A DNA stretch of 63,919 nucleotides, filler included, from Aduncisulcus paluster (lineage: Eukaryota): the NCBI GenBank assembly GCA_024181965.1. It is 5 parts of 5 records of this genome, joined end to end, with 100 filler letters (N's around TTAATTAATTAA, not from the genome) between each part and the next. Parts side by side here need not be neighbours in the genome. Positions count along the whole stretch, not along the records: positions 16,807 to 31,212 come from BQXS01010861.1; positions 31,313 to 50,849 come from BQXS01010862.1; 3 more parts are not named here. One strand, written 5' to 3'. Position numbers and translations under genes: made by a program. Positions 24,001-34,219 of this stretch are shown one piece after another. Within the stretch, counting starts at the first letter, position 1. Every line of letters begins with the position of its first letter. Under the pieces are notes generated by a model, which saw nothing but the letters and a program-made list of their open reading frames with translations, was not told the DNA's origin and did no database searches.

Positions 24001-25076
24001 TTATTGACTCGAGTCCTTCTGAACATGCCAAGGAATCTGAACTCACGGCTGTCCTTGCTGACTTTGGACTTAGTCGGAAAATAGATCAGTCTGTGGATGA
24101 ATTTGAGAAAGAGTGGAGGAAACGGTTTGAGAGGAGGAAGAAGAAGGAACAACGGAAGGGGAGAAAACTCATAGCATCAAAGCTCTCCTCTTCCCAACCT
24201 GAGATTGACTTGGATAATGGTAAAGATAATAATGGTCATGGTGATGATGTTCACAATGCTGTATGTGCGAAGGCTGTGAGACTCGATGGGGTTGACCAGG
24301 AGCTTGTTCCATCCCATCCCCCATTCTCTCTTCACTCAGCACTGCCATTATCGTCTGGTCTTGGTACTGCTGCTTATGCCCCTGTTGAGCAACTTCAAGG
24401 CACATGCATGTATGGGTTAAGTAGTGATATCTATGCTCTTGGAGGGGTTCTCTTCGATATATTGACATGTCCAAGAAACTCCATTAAAAGGGGCCTTTGT
24501 TTTGATGAGTTTTATCGTTTATTGTGTAAGCCTGTGTATGAAGCAGAGATTAAGGAAATGGAACAAATTGAGGAAGAGATGAGAGAAGAAGTCTCGCAAT
24601 CAATGTTTTCTGCTGCATCAGAGGAGATTGAAGAAGAGAAGAAGGGAAAAGATGGTTCTTTAAGCCAGTGTGAGGGAAAATTTGATTCAACAATATATTA
24701 TCGGATGAAGACTATCAAAGAAAGTCGAAGAAAAAATATTGCATGTTTATTACCTCTTTCCGAAAAGCTCTCCCGTTCTTCATTTCCCCATCTTTCATCA
24801 ATGCCTCTTGTCTGTGCAGCATGCATTAGATTGCTTCACAAGGATCCATGTTTAAGGCCAAGTATTGATGAAGTTGCTGAGTGGATTCCTTCTCTTCAAA
24901 TGGAAATTGGTTCATCTTCAAAGATGGAAAAGAAACTCGATACCTCAGAAAGCATTTTGAGGAAAATGGAGCTTAGAATCCAACAATTGGAAAAAGAAAA
25001 TGAGGCTCTGACACTTGAGAATTCTCAGTTGAAAGAAGAGAATATTCATCTTAAAAAATTATATATAAAATATTAA
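21072..25076 (+). CDS. eIF2alpha kinase (PEK family) with very large kinase insert
   Basis: DF..VQPIGVGGFGSVFK, YAVKRI, REVRVLSELSHPNIVRYYNSWVE, ~430-aa acidic insert, LYIQMQYC, HRDIK, DFG; C-terminal coiled coil. Confidence 0.88.
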   Translation: MDDTDECTIPSHVDSKSVCIEATRKNIAMARPVSIDTISLSNIITAVEADFSLCLMELLTLAILAENIKTSDISFAIFLGVRCGVINREAESRIYSHIEHSKRTQTPSEALQRLQQILAILSFLLSTSSILKRSLDSSEPDSSILTSLSSSSLSSESFSSSSHSSLTMLLQPISSIDGANVSSLATSLLTAIPPLFGLMSTSTKSFISNIESMRSLITSSAHSRMSTLLANNISSDVIPTQSKGGFQSDIKMDESLASNQSQIDPWMGSLIASELSDEPSLAPSQALESIFGSFAKQVRQEREAGDDIILPMSNSLFPMAQTSTVSTPPLVSSASTEESNSQFVRDFNIVQPIGVGGFGSVFKCVHKVDDIIYAVKRIEVKASSIFSLMLKIQKIVRREVRVLSELSHPNIVRYYNSWVEMDKGSDVAMAESDSSQVSEFSRQDAKSSAFAITDAYSDDLLHDDDNIMQMLLRPVEHDVESSSLDQGSSDLSKMISNIVFQSSQSYEPVSESDYLSEEYSYTYEEEEEEEEEEDEKEKERGGDEEYEIEDIEDVRYTGPRGNYSPDHPTDVQVTESEEDEYSSGHSHPNGILASDSIIPGSLVDQEGLESSERAALLQKVEPIFPISFDNPSPESYTIEPSPSSLTHSITAEKENSGDHQVSDDPNPLLRAIDQGVSLEAVINDKDEGSVAGGHLSSGSNVKNEDIFGGVSQDSEPRIIHSLTDSDDKFLPIESVSPAEEQGILSEQVIGGAVVPFRQAVQESAVVVGTKSEKDGGLVSELLSMMPLLPQDKQFQFHSRYIAKKMSTPSDQSPSPSIDKVLADSVAPSFSSINSVRSSSPTSAKLQASLYIQMQYCSCGTLWDFVSGNGGNVDSRYIGGVKKTCPCQQHHEEIISRDGVDDAPTQVFHHSSPDRIPIVKLIPLFFQLVSAVQYLHSNNVIHRDIKSLNVLVRGCKKSGLCSCKKSIDDSVSMSLSSVIDSSPSEHAKESELTAVLADFGLSRKIDQSVDEFEKEWRKRFERRKKKEQRKGRKLIASKLSSSQPEIDLDNGKDNNGHGDDVHNAVCAKAVRLDGVDQELVPSHPPFSLHSALPLSSGLGTAAYAPVEQLQGTCMYGLSSDIYALGGVLFDILTCPRNSIKRGLCFDEFYRLLCKPVYEAEIKEMEQIEEEMREEVSQSMFSAASEEIEEEKKGKDGSLSQCEGKFDSTIYYRMKTIKESRRKNIACLLPLSEKLSRSSFPHLSSMPLVCAACIRLLHKDPCLRPSIDEVAEWIPSLQMEIGSSSKMEKKLDTSESILRKMELRIQQLEKENEALTLENSQLKEENIHLKKLYIKY

Positions 25077-25374
25077 TATGATATTTAACCTTTTTTTATT
25101 GATTTTTACTCTTAATAAGTTATATTTTCTAATCAGTCAAATACAGGTTGTAGCCGGTCATTTTTCGGTTTCGACAACTTTCGATTGTATCATCCGCAGT
25201 GGCCGGGATATTGTATTTCATAAAAATATTGATTTCAATAAATTTAAATAATCTATCTAATGCGTTTTGGTGGGTAATAATCATATTTCGATTTCGGGTT
25301 CCCAAACTGGTCGGTGGTTGAAAGTTCGACAATAAAACCAGGCTTTTTCTCGAAGCAACAAAACCGCAATCATA

Positions 25375-26118
25375 ATGGGTGATCCATATTTTGACTTTGA
25401 TGACGGGAAAGAAGAAATTATCCCTCCGAAACCTGAAAATACAACTCCTGTAGCACCTGTCCAATCTACTCCTGCTCCAGTTAAACCTATTGCGCAACCC
25501 GCCACTATTCCAGTTGAATCTCAGCCAGTTATTGAAGAGCCACCATATCCTTTGGTGAAAGAGTTGCCATCAAATACTTTAGACGAGCCACTTTCAGCAA
25601 CTTTTATGAGAGATCTAAGGGTGATCGGAAATAAGTTAGTTCATGTTTTATGGCCCCTTAAAAAGGATGATGGTCATGGTTTGTCGACTGAATGGGATTT
25701 GTGGGGTCCTTTATTGTTCTCTCTTATCTTTGCAACTGTGCTCTCAATTAATTCATCAAACAGCAGTGACAGCAATTATAATTCTTTTGCATTTGGATTC
25801 TTTATTATATGGATTTGTGGAATTCTTATTTCTGCAAACGCTATTCTTATTGGTGGTCAAATCAGCTTTTTACAGACCGTGTGCTTACTTGGTTACTGTC
25901 TCGCCCCGATATCTGTTGGAGCTGTTCTGTGTTGGTTCTGGAATAACTATTTATATCGTGGAATTATTTTGGCTGGGGCCATCTTTTGGAGCGTCTGGGC
26001 TAGCAACGGATTTATTTCTGAAAGTATATTGCCTGGGAAGAAATTTGAAGCTGTTTACCCCGTTGGGCTGATGTATGTCGCTCTTGGATGGGTTGTTTTC
26101 ACAATGGGGAGAGAGTAA
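25375..26118 (+). CDS. YIPF6: Yip1-domain protein YIPF6/Yip4-like
   Basis: NTLDEP..RDL, WDLWGPL, FLQTVCLLGYCLAP; five hydrophobic segments. Confidence 0.88.
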   Translation: MGDPYFDFDDGKEEIIPPKPENTTPVAPVQSTPAPVKPIAQPATIPVESQPVIEEPPYPLVKELPSNTLDEPLSATFMRDLRVIGNKLVHVLWPLKKDDGHGLSTEWDLWGPLLFSLIFATVLSINSSNSSDSNYNSFAFGFFIIWICGILISANAILIGGQISFLQTVCLLGYCLAPISVGAVLCWFWNNYLYRGIILAGAIFWSVWASNGFISESILPGKKFEAVYPVGLMYVALGWVVFTMGRE

Positions 26119-26236
26119 TAATTTCTACCATTGGTACATCAGCTAAAGCTGAATATTTCTTAACACGTTCATTCCTTGATAAATATCATGATATTTCAAT
26201 TTCTTTGTCCAACTTTCATTAATTGACTTCTTACTG

Positions 26237-26895
26237 AGATATTCAATTTCTCACTCAACTATTATATTTTGGCACTTTGGTGTGAGGAGAAAAATGAAAA
26301 TAAACATTTTCTCGATTTTTAAGAACTTGATCCGCAATGAATGCTGGATTAGCTTTCGGATTCTGCCGAATTCTAAAAAAAATTGAAAATATCAAATTTC
26401 TTTGAGACTACGGAGAAAAATGCTCATATTCGGGATAAGAAAACTTAAGGAGAGCTTTCCTTATATACAAACTATTCTTCAAGCGATATCAGGAGGTATG
26501 GAATTCCTGTGCTCTCAACAAGAATTATTTCGATACGTTCTGATTGGTACTGTGTNNNNNNNNNNNNNNNNNNNNAGATATTCAATTTCTCACTCAACTA
26601 TTATATTTTGGCACTTTGGTGTGAGGAGAAAAATGAAAATAAACATTTTCTCGATTTTTAAGAACTTGATCCGCAATGAATGCTGGATTAGCTTTCGGAT
26701 TCTGCCGAATTCTAAAAAAAAATTGAAAATATCAAATTTCTTTGAGACTACGGAGAAAAATGCTCATATTCGGGATAAGAAAACTTAAGGAGAGCTTTCC
26801 TTATATACAAACTATTCTTCAAGCGATATCAGGAGGTATGGAATTCCTGTGCTCTCAACAAGAATTATTTCGATACGTTCTGATTGGTACTGTGT
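26237..26895. other. 20-N gap with duplicated flanks (assembly overlap artefact)
   Basis: 26237-26555 is repeated at 26576-26895, differing only in one A-run. Confidence 0.9.
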
Positions 26896-28097
26896 ATCTT
26901 ATTGAGGTTATTTTGTTTTCTGGAATTTTAAGTCGGTTGGTTTATATATTCGGAGGGTTATTTTTCCTTGGCTTCTTGATCACGGTTCTCATCACTATAG
27001 CGAAAGACTTTTTGTGTCATTTAGCCACAAAAATACCTGGTTTAGCTCTAGTAGTTAACACTATTATATCTATTTGCGTATTCACTTTCTTAAATGTCAC
27101 CCTTGCTTCAGTTGACCCATTCCCTCCTGTAACTTCATTTGACAGTAATTATATCAAAATTGACCAGGCTAAATCCAGAGGATGGTATGCCGGAGGAGAT
27201 GGAGAACATAATTTGCGCCGTTTAACCAAGAGTAGAGACACCAGATGGGAAGGAATTCACTTCCAAGAAATTAATCTCTACTTTGAAACATCATTTATTG
27301 ACACCATGTATTTGAAGATTTGGGGAGGTTCTGATTGTCCTGAGGACCTTCGTATTCGTTTCCATTTAGAGGACGATTCCTTTGTTGATCGGATGGTTCA
27401 TGTCGATCTCCCCGCAAAAAGATTTACTCGGGAATGGTTAGAAATCCCTGTTGAAATCGATAACGTTGAATATATTGATGTTAGACACGTTTCCTCCTAT
27501 GGAGCTCCTTATACGACTCTCTTTGGTGTTATTTTAGCTGATGAGTCTCCCGAAAAGGTGCAAGAGAAAAGAATTCGTGCTGAAATTGAGGATACAATCA
27601 AGAAGGAAGTCTATGATAGTCAAATTGAAGAGTTTAATCGCATTCTTGCCAGTAGAGAGGACGAATTGCGGAAAGAGTCACAGTTGGCACTCGATGAGAT
27701 GGCTGCTCAGTTCGCCTCTCAGCAAGAGGATATTTTGGAACGTGAGAAACTTGTTATGGAGAGAGAAAAGCGTCTCAATGGGCGTGAGACTGGCATTGTA
27801 TCTTCTGAATCCTCCATTCGTGAAGAGTGGAGTCTGATTTCATTGATGCTTCAGGAAGTGAGAGAATTGGAACAAAATATCATTGATCACTCATCAAAGA
27901 TAGTCTTGTCAGAAAGCGACTCCATCGATAACACTGTTATTGTGGAACCAGAGAGTGAAGAGCAAGAGGAAGAGCAGGAAGAGGAACCAATACGAGATAA
28001 GGTGGATGGGATCCTTGTTGATCACGATACGTTGGTCGAGATTGAGAAATCAGACGCCATTCATCATGAAACACCCATTTCTGAGGTTACTTTGTAG
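26838..28097 (+). CDS. Membrane protein: ~3 N-terminal TM segments, one beta-sandwich family domain, coiled coil and acidic tail
   Basis: Hydrophobic N-terminus. INLYF..MYLKI..P..LRIRF..WLEIPV..V.YIDV resembles the domain in 3087-4190. The start codon is uncertain (26760 or 26838). Confidence 0.7.
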   Translation: MEFLCSQQELFRYVLIGTVYLIEVILFSGILSRLVYIFGGLFFLGFLITVLITIAKDFLCHLATKIPGLALVVNTIISICVFTFLNVTLASVDPFPPVTSFDSNYIKIDQAKSRGWYAGGDGEHNLRRLTKSRDTRWEGIHFQEINLYFETSFIDTMYLKIWGGSDCPEDLRIRFHLEDDSFVDRMVHVDLPAKRFTREWLEIPVEIDNVEYIDVRHVSSYGAPYTTLFGVILADESPEKVQEKRIRAEIEDTIKKEVYDSQIEEFNRILASREDELRKESQLALDEMAAQFASQQEDILEREKLVMEREKRLNGRETGIVSSESSIREEWSLISLMLQEVRELEQNIIDHSSKIVLSESDSIDNTVIVEPESEEQEEEQEEEPIRDKVDGILVDHDTLVEIEKSDAIHHETPISEVTL

Positions 28098-28689
28098 ATG
28101 TCTAATGCAGGATGGAGGATGTGAAAAATGATGTCGTGATTCTTGACATCATTTTTCTTTTTGTTGTAAATGATTTCACCTCCTTTTCTCACTTTTCTTT
28201 TCAATGATACAACCATTTTTCCATTATCTATCATATTTTTCTATTTTTTTATCTCTAGCAGTTCCGTTATGAACGTTTTTGTTTTATTTTTGTATGCTAT
28301 ATCAAATTTATTGTTTAATACTCGATTATCAGTGATTATTGTACGAGATTACCTCCATTTTCAAAGAATACTATCTTTTAAATAGTATTTTCTCGTTGAT
28401 GTGGGCTTTGCTCGGAAAGGATATTCTTATTCACCAGAGCATTGTGATAATTTGGAATATTGAGTAAAATATTTTCAATTTTTTATATGGAATTCTAGAT
28501 TGTATGATCTCACCTTCTATGGTCGTCACTGTACTTTGTGTGTTTTGGTCTCGAGAAGCAGTTTTTCCTTCGTTATAAGAAATACAAGATTTGCTGTATG
28601 TCAGATATTTCATTAGATGTGCATTAAGACATGTTTTATGCAATTATATTCACTATTTTGTGATGGTTTTTAGATTTTTTGATTCGACA

Positions 28690-29863
28690 ATGGCATTGGC
28701 AATGAATTCATCAACCGGTATACAAATAATGAAACCTGAGTTTATTCATGAAGGACATTACGATTGCTGTCCAATTCCTCGAGATGCCCCCAATATTAAG
28801 AGTGCAGAATTTCCAACTATCAAGCAATTAATGGAACCAAGGACGAAGGTGAATATGGGTACGATGAGAGTTATAAAGCACAAGAGATGATGAAAGGAGA
28901 GGTTAATACGGGACATTTTACCCATATCTCCATTCCTTTCTCTTCATCTATCCCAATGAAAGGGGCTTATATCTGTCTAGCAAGCTATTCTTCACCTCCA
29001 TCACACCTTATCTTCACTTTCGCATCTTCAAAGGGTGAGAAAACATCAAAAAAATACGAATTTCCTGAATTTGAAGATGAACATTGGTATTTCCTTCCCG
29101 TTGATCTCCCTGATGTTGTTCTGTGTGAGATTACAGGGAAAGGAAGAGAAGAAGAGTATTTTGGAATCTCATCGCTTGTTTTCATTAGTAGAGAAGAAAC
29201 TCCTGAAGAAATCACGTTTCGTGAAGCTAGAGAGAAACTATGGTTTGAAACTCCAGTTGTGAAACCAGAGTTTGTTAAGGAAGGAGATGAAAAATCTGTC
29301 GGTAGAGGTTCTATTCCCATTCCACGTGATGATCCAAAGATTGTAGATCCTTCATTCTCAATTGTTAAGTGCAAGGATGATTCAGTGAGTAAGGAATCTG
29401 AGTATTATGATAAGAGAGTTCAGAAGCACAAAAAATGTTAAAAGGGGACGATTATGTATGGTTATCCCATCTTTCCATCCCTTTCCCATCACCTAGTCCA
29501 ATGAAAGGTGCTTATATCTGTGTTTATATGTGGGATAGTTCACCCTATCTTCTCTTCACTTTCACCGATTGTGATGGCAAGAAAATATTTAAGAAGTATG
29601 AATTCACAAGACCTAAACATGAATTTGAATGGCACTTCCTTCCTATTGATTTGGATAATGTTGTATTGTGTGAGATAGAAGGGAAAGGAATGTGGTGTGA
29701 CAAGAATAGTCGTTGTTATAACATCAACTCCCTTGTATTTACAATGCCAGAAGAAATGGTTGTGAGTGAACTATTGTCCCTTCTGCCATGGGAACATTCC
29801 AAAGATGATATCATGATAAAACTTGAGAAAACATGCTTTTTTGGAGGATCTTTCAACCCGTAG
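28690..29863 (+). pseudogene. Frameshifted paralog of the 3087-4190 two-domain gene (pseudogene or sequencing errors)
   Basis: Three overlapping ORFs reconstruct the full paralog: a missing A near 28822-28824 (IKAINGTKDEGEYG) and an extra AG near 29414-29418 (DKSSEAQKML). Confidence 0.8.
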
Positions 29864-31212
29864 ATTTTTCATCACCTTTACGAATCGTAAATTATGATAA
29901 AACTTTTATCATAAAACCTTTTTTCTTTGTTAAGAATGCAGGAGATATGTGAGGAATCTGTTGAAGAACTTGAGGTCTCGGATCAAGATGAATTTGAAGG
30001 CTTTGCAAAGCCTCAGGCTTTGCCTCTAATTTCTTGTTGTATAACATCTTTCATTTATTCATTATCAAAAGGATTTCTTCACTTTGATGGAGAGGAAAGA
30101 AACGAGAGTTTTGAAGCATGCTAAACTGCTGAATTTAAGCATTTGGATGTCATTATCAACAATCCACATTGTATCGTATGTTGATTATGCGGGTGATTAC
30201 TCACTTACCAGGGGAAAACAAATAAAAATAATGATAAAATAGATTTAAGTGAAATTGTTTTTATCAAGCTTCTATGAGAATGTTATAAATGGTACATCTT
30301 GGCTCCATGAATGGGAAACCATAAATATCAATCGAACAGAGAGCAGATAAGAGTGAGAGAGAACGATTCGAGAAGCAAGGAAACCAGAATAAAGCTTCTC
30401 TGGTGATATTCATAGATTTCAACTTTTCAGCATATTTCAAATCTCGGGAGTTATGAAACGATAAAGAGGTCTTACAAGAGAATAGAATAGGGAACACCAA
30501 AAAAATCATAAAACCGAGATAATGGATAGGCTTAAGGAGTCGATGTTATTTATGGAAAACAATGTGAATCTGGCATCATTGCATGAGGGAACTTTAAAAT
30601 TCGATGTGCTGGCAAATCTCGGGATTTATCAACCAGGGGGACGGGGTCAAGATATTTCTACTCTGGGTTCCACAAATCTCAATGTCAGATCGGATGATCA
30701 GGATATGGCATTGGAGTGTTAGCATCAGGGGATTAGATTCATAGCAGTATACAGACACATGAAAAGCATCATATTCCGAGTTCTTGATATTTTTGATTGT
30801 AAGCAAAAGCAAGTGAAAATGGACAGAAAGGCAAGGATAAGGATAGAAATGAAATGGAAATATATCCATGTTATTGAATAGCATTGAAATCGTTCATAAA
30901 TGTTCTTAACACGTGAAATGGAACTATATCCAGTCCTGATGGGTTCCAAAAAGCCTGAGATATCGAGAATAAACACCATGGCATGGAAATGTAAATAAAA
31001 CATGTTTTTATCATTTACCAGCATTTAACTCGTTTATATGTGTTTTTTAAATTTCCAATCTTATCTATTGAAGGGTTGATTGTTCAGTTTGTTGGCGGCT
31101 AAGCACCGATGTCCATTTTTTCTCGTCGTACAAGCAAATTGTATGTTTACTATATGCCATATCTTTTATTAAATGTATATTAAGAAATATTTTAACCGGA
31201 TTCATTCATTAT

Positions 31213-31312
31213 NNNNNNNNNNNNNNNNNNNNNNNNNNNNNNNNNNNNNNNNNNNNTTAATTAATTAANNNNNNNNNNNNNNNNNNNNNNNNNNNNNNNN
31301 NNNNNNNNNNNN
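31213..31312. other. Artificial spacer N44-TTAATTAATTAA-N44
   Basis: Same as 16707-16806. Confidence 0.97.
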
Positions 31313-31970
31313 CCACAGAACCTGGTGAACATACAGTTTTGGAGAATAAACCCATGATAATGCAAAATATTCAACTTTTTATCGGTATATATACTTATAA
31401 TTCCAAATATTACGAAGAGTAATCACGGAGGCTAAGAAGAAATACTGTAATGTTAGCAAAATCGTGATGTGTTTTGTGTATCTTGATACTTGATGAGATG
31501 ATGAAACATCCATGTCGTTAATAAAATATACACATTCAATTTATGACAGATCTAAATATTTCTCATTGCTCGATACTTCCAGAAGTTCTTTCTATTCATC
31601 TCTCGCTTCGTACACCTTTTTTGTCAACATCACTTCCATCTTATATGCGATGATCTGAGAGTTTATTGTATATTTATTCCGAGACAATGTTTACTTCGAT
31701 GTTTGTCCTGTTGTTTCAGGGTCTAAAACATCAATTCATTCGTTCCGTCCATTCTGTCCATTCCGTCCATTTTATGGTATATTAATTGATGACACGCGTG
31801 TGAAGATCTGTGATATTTTTCAGTACTCAACAAACACAACTCATCCAACACACTGCCATACTTGAAGGTGTTATCATCTCATCCAAGATAGATTGATATC
31901 TCTCTCTTCTTGTCGAATCTAATGATCTTATTCCTTTCTCATAATTCATTATTTATCCACTTATATGCCT

Positions 31971-33788
31971 TTATTCATCATGATAAGCATCATTACGTTG
32001 GGTACGTGCAATTCGTTCACGAATCTCATCAATTTCTCTTTTCAGAGCATCTGTATCATCGGGCATTTGTGATGGGGAATGTAACTCACTCATAGCAAAT
32101 GAAACACCGGACATCCGTTTCTTAGTATCTTTATCAACAGCTTCAATAAAGAACTCGCCTTCCTTGGAGTCAGCATTGCTATCTTCCACGACAACATTGA
32201 CACAACGTCCACCACCAAGAGCCTCGGCAGGGAACATTTGGTGTGGCTGTTCTTCCATGGCCTTTGACATGCTCATTCGAAGAGTCTCCGGAACTCGCTC
32301 AGTGGACCCACTGCGTTCTCGAATCTCTCGCATCGTACCTTCCAACAAACGTCGCTCAACTTGGCGTGCCTTCTTAACAGCAGCGGCCTCTTGAGTCGCA
32401 GAATCAAGTTGTGAACGAAGCATGGCAATCTCTGAGGCACGTGACATTCTTGGTGCTGCTTCAGTGAATGTTGTATGACGCCCTTCGTCACGAGCAATAC
32501 CAACACTCTGGCGTTGCGGGAAATCAATTGGTTTGGATGCAATGCCACTCAAAGAAGGAATTGGATCACCATGACGAGACATTATAGGTCCTGGACTATC
32601 GATTGGAGGGACAATGTTACTCATGTGGGATGGCATTGTAGCACGAGTTGAGCTTGAAGGGAAGGTTCTTTGACCTTTCTGACGTACAATAGCAATAGCA
32701 TTGCATAGACTTTTGATCTCATCTCCATTATTTGCAATGATACGTTTTTGTTCTTCTGTCAACTCTTCCAATTCTCTTGTTCTTGAACGTAAAGCAGCAA
32801 GTTCACCTTGGGCTTGTTCACATTCCTCCCGAATAGAAGTCATTTCTCTATCAGATTCGGTTTTGGCAAGCTTGATAGATTCATTCTTGGATTGCACCTC
32901 TTTAAGGGCTTCCGATGTGTCACGATGTTTTTCTTTCAATTTAATAAGTTCCAAATTGATACTTGAAAGCGTTTTGCTTGAAACCCCTTCCCTTTCTTCA
33001 AGAGATTCTTTTTCAGTTCGTAAAACATCACGTTCTTCCCTAGTTCTTTCAAATTCGACTTGGAGCTTTTTAAGTGATTGTTGAGATTCGATATACTTTG
33101 TTTGTACAGATTCAAGGCGTTTCTTGAGTGTTTCGATAGTTTCGAGAGAAAGAGATTCACTTTTTTCATATTCATCACATCTCTGTACATACCATTGAAT
33201 ATCATCAAATTTATCTTGTAATTCCGTCAAAGAAGTCAATAATTCCTGTTGGATCGAATATAACTGCTCATTTTCAGCATTACACTCTTCAAGCTCTTTT
33301 TTCATCAATTTATGATCAGAATCGTATTTTTTCTTCTCATCATGTAATTGAGAAATAGTTTCTTCGAGTTGTTTCCTTTGGGATATCAGATCTTGATGAT
33401 TTTCAATTTCTGTTTGTATTGTCTTCTCAGCTTCATCAAGGGCTTCTTGACTTCTCCTTTCAAGCATGTCATAACTTTCTTTAATATCAAGAAGGTCTTC
33501 ATTCATATCTTCAATTTTTTGAGACTGTTCTTGTATAGTCACCCGATATTGTTCATTTTCTGTTTCTAAGTCAGTTAAATCATACATGAACTCACCTCCT
33601 CTGGTCATACCAAAATTTTCAGCTCTTTTGTCGAGAGCTTTCTTTAAAATATCAATATAACGATCTTTCTCTTCAGTATTTCTTCTTTCTTCTTCTAATT
33701 CCATTGCAAGTCGGCTTATTCTTTGTTTTGCAAGTTCCAAATCCTTGTTAAGAAGAATTATTACTCTTTCATTATTTCCCGATTCCAT
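31971..33788 (-). CDS. Long coiled-coil protein (605 aa)
   Basis: Heptad-rich E/K/L/Q composition over the first ~370 aa; no specific family recognised. Confidence 0.8.
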   Translation of the reverse strand: MESGNNERVIILLNKDLELAKQRISRLAMELEEERRNTEEKDRYIDILKKALDKRAENFGMTRGGEFMYDLTDLETENEQYRVTIQEQSQKIEDMNEDLLDIKESYDMLERRSQEALDEAEKTIQTEIENHQDLISQRKQLEETISQLHDEKKKYDSDHKLMKKELEECNAENEQLYSIQQELLTSLTELQDKFDDIQWYVQRCDEYEKSESLSLETIETLKKRLESVQTKYIESQQSLKKLQVEFERTREERDVLRTEKESLEEREGVSSKTLSSINLELIKLKEKHRDTSEALKEVQSKNESIKLAKTESDREMTSIREECEQAQGELAALRSRTRELEELTEEQKRIIANNGDEIKSLCNAIAIVRQKGQRTFPSSSTRATMPSHMSNIVPPIDSPGPIMSRHGDPIPSLSGIASKPIDFPQRQSVGIARDEGRHTTFTEAAPRMSRASEIAMLRSQLDSATQEAAAVKKARQVERRLLEGTMREIRERSGSTERVPETLRMSMSKAMEEQPHQMFPAEALGGGRCVNVVVEDSNADSKEGEFFIEAVDKDTKKRMSGVSFAMSELHSPSQMPDDTDALKREIDEIRERIARTQRNDAYHDE

Positions 33789-34219
33789 TTGAACAGATGA
33801 TGGGGCAAAATTTGTTCATCTTGGAAGTGTCTTAATTATTTTAGGATTTTGTGCATAATATTTGTGGCATTTTACTAATAATTCTCAAAAAGTGGAATAT
33901 AAAGGTTTCCTTTTTAGTAGTTAAATGAGAAAATTTTTGTGTGTTCATTTCGATAATTATTGGGGACATTAGTAAGTAATTCTCAATAAATATGATCTTT
34001 ACAAAATTAATATTGTATAATTATCGAGATAAATATTCATAAACGCGATAGAAAATTTACAACATGTTTTGATGATAATTAATCAAAATTTCCTCTTAAA
34101 ATTACATCAATTTTGAAGAATTAACATATTTTTGCTTTCAAATAATGAAATTTATCATTCAATCGATGTCGAAATAAAATCTTGCGATTTTTTGTCAATA
34201 TATAGAAACATATTCAAAA

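Noticed and set aside
30198-30220. ACTTACCAGGGG resembling the U1 snRNA 5' end
   Set aside because: No U1 stem-loops or Sm site recognisable downstream
29900-31212. Several short ORFs after the pseudogene
   Set aside because: Fragmentary with no consistent frame or motif; possibly decayed sequence but unsupported
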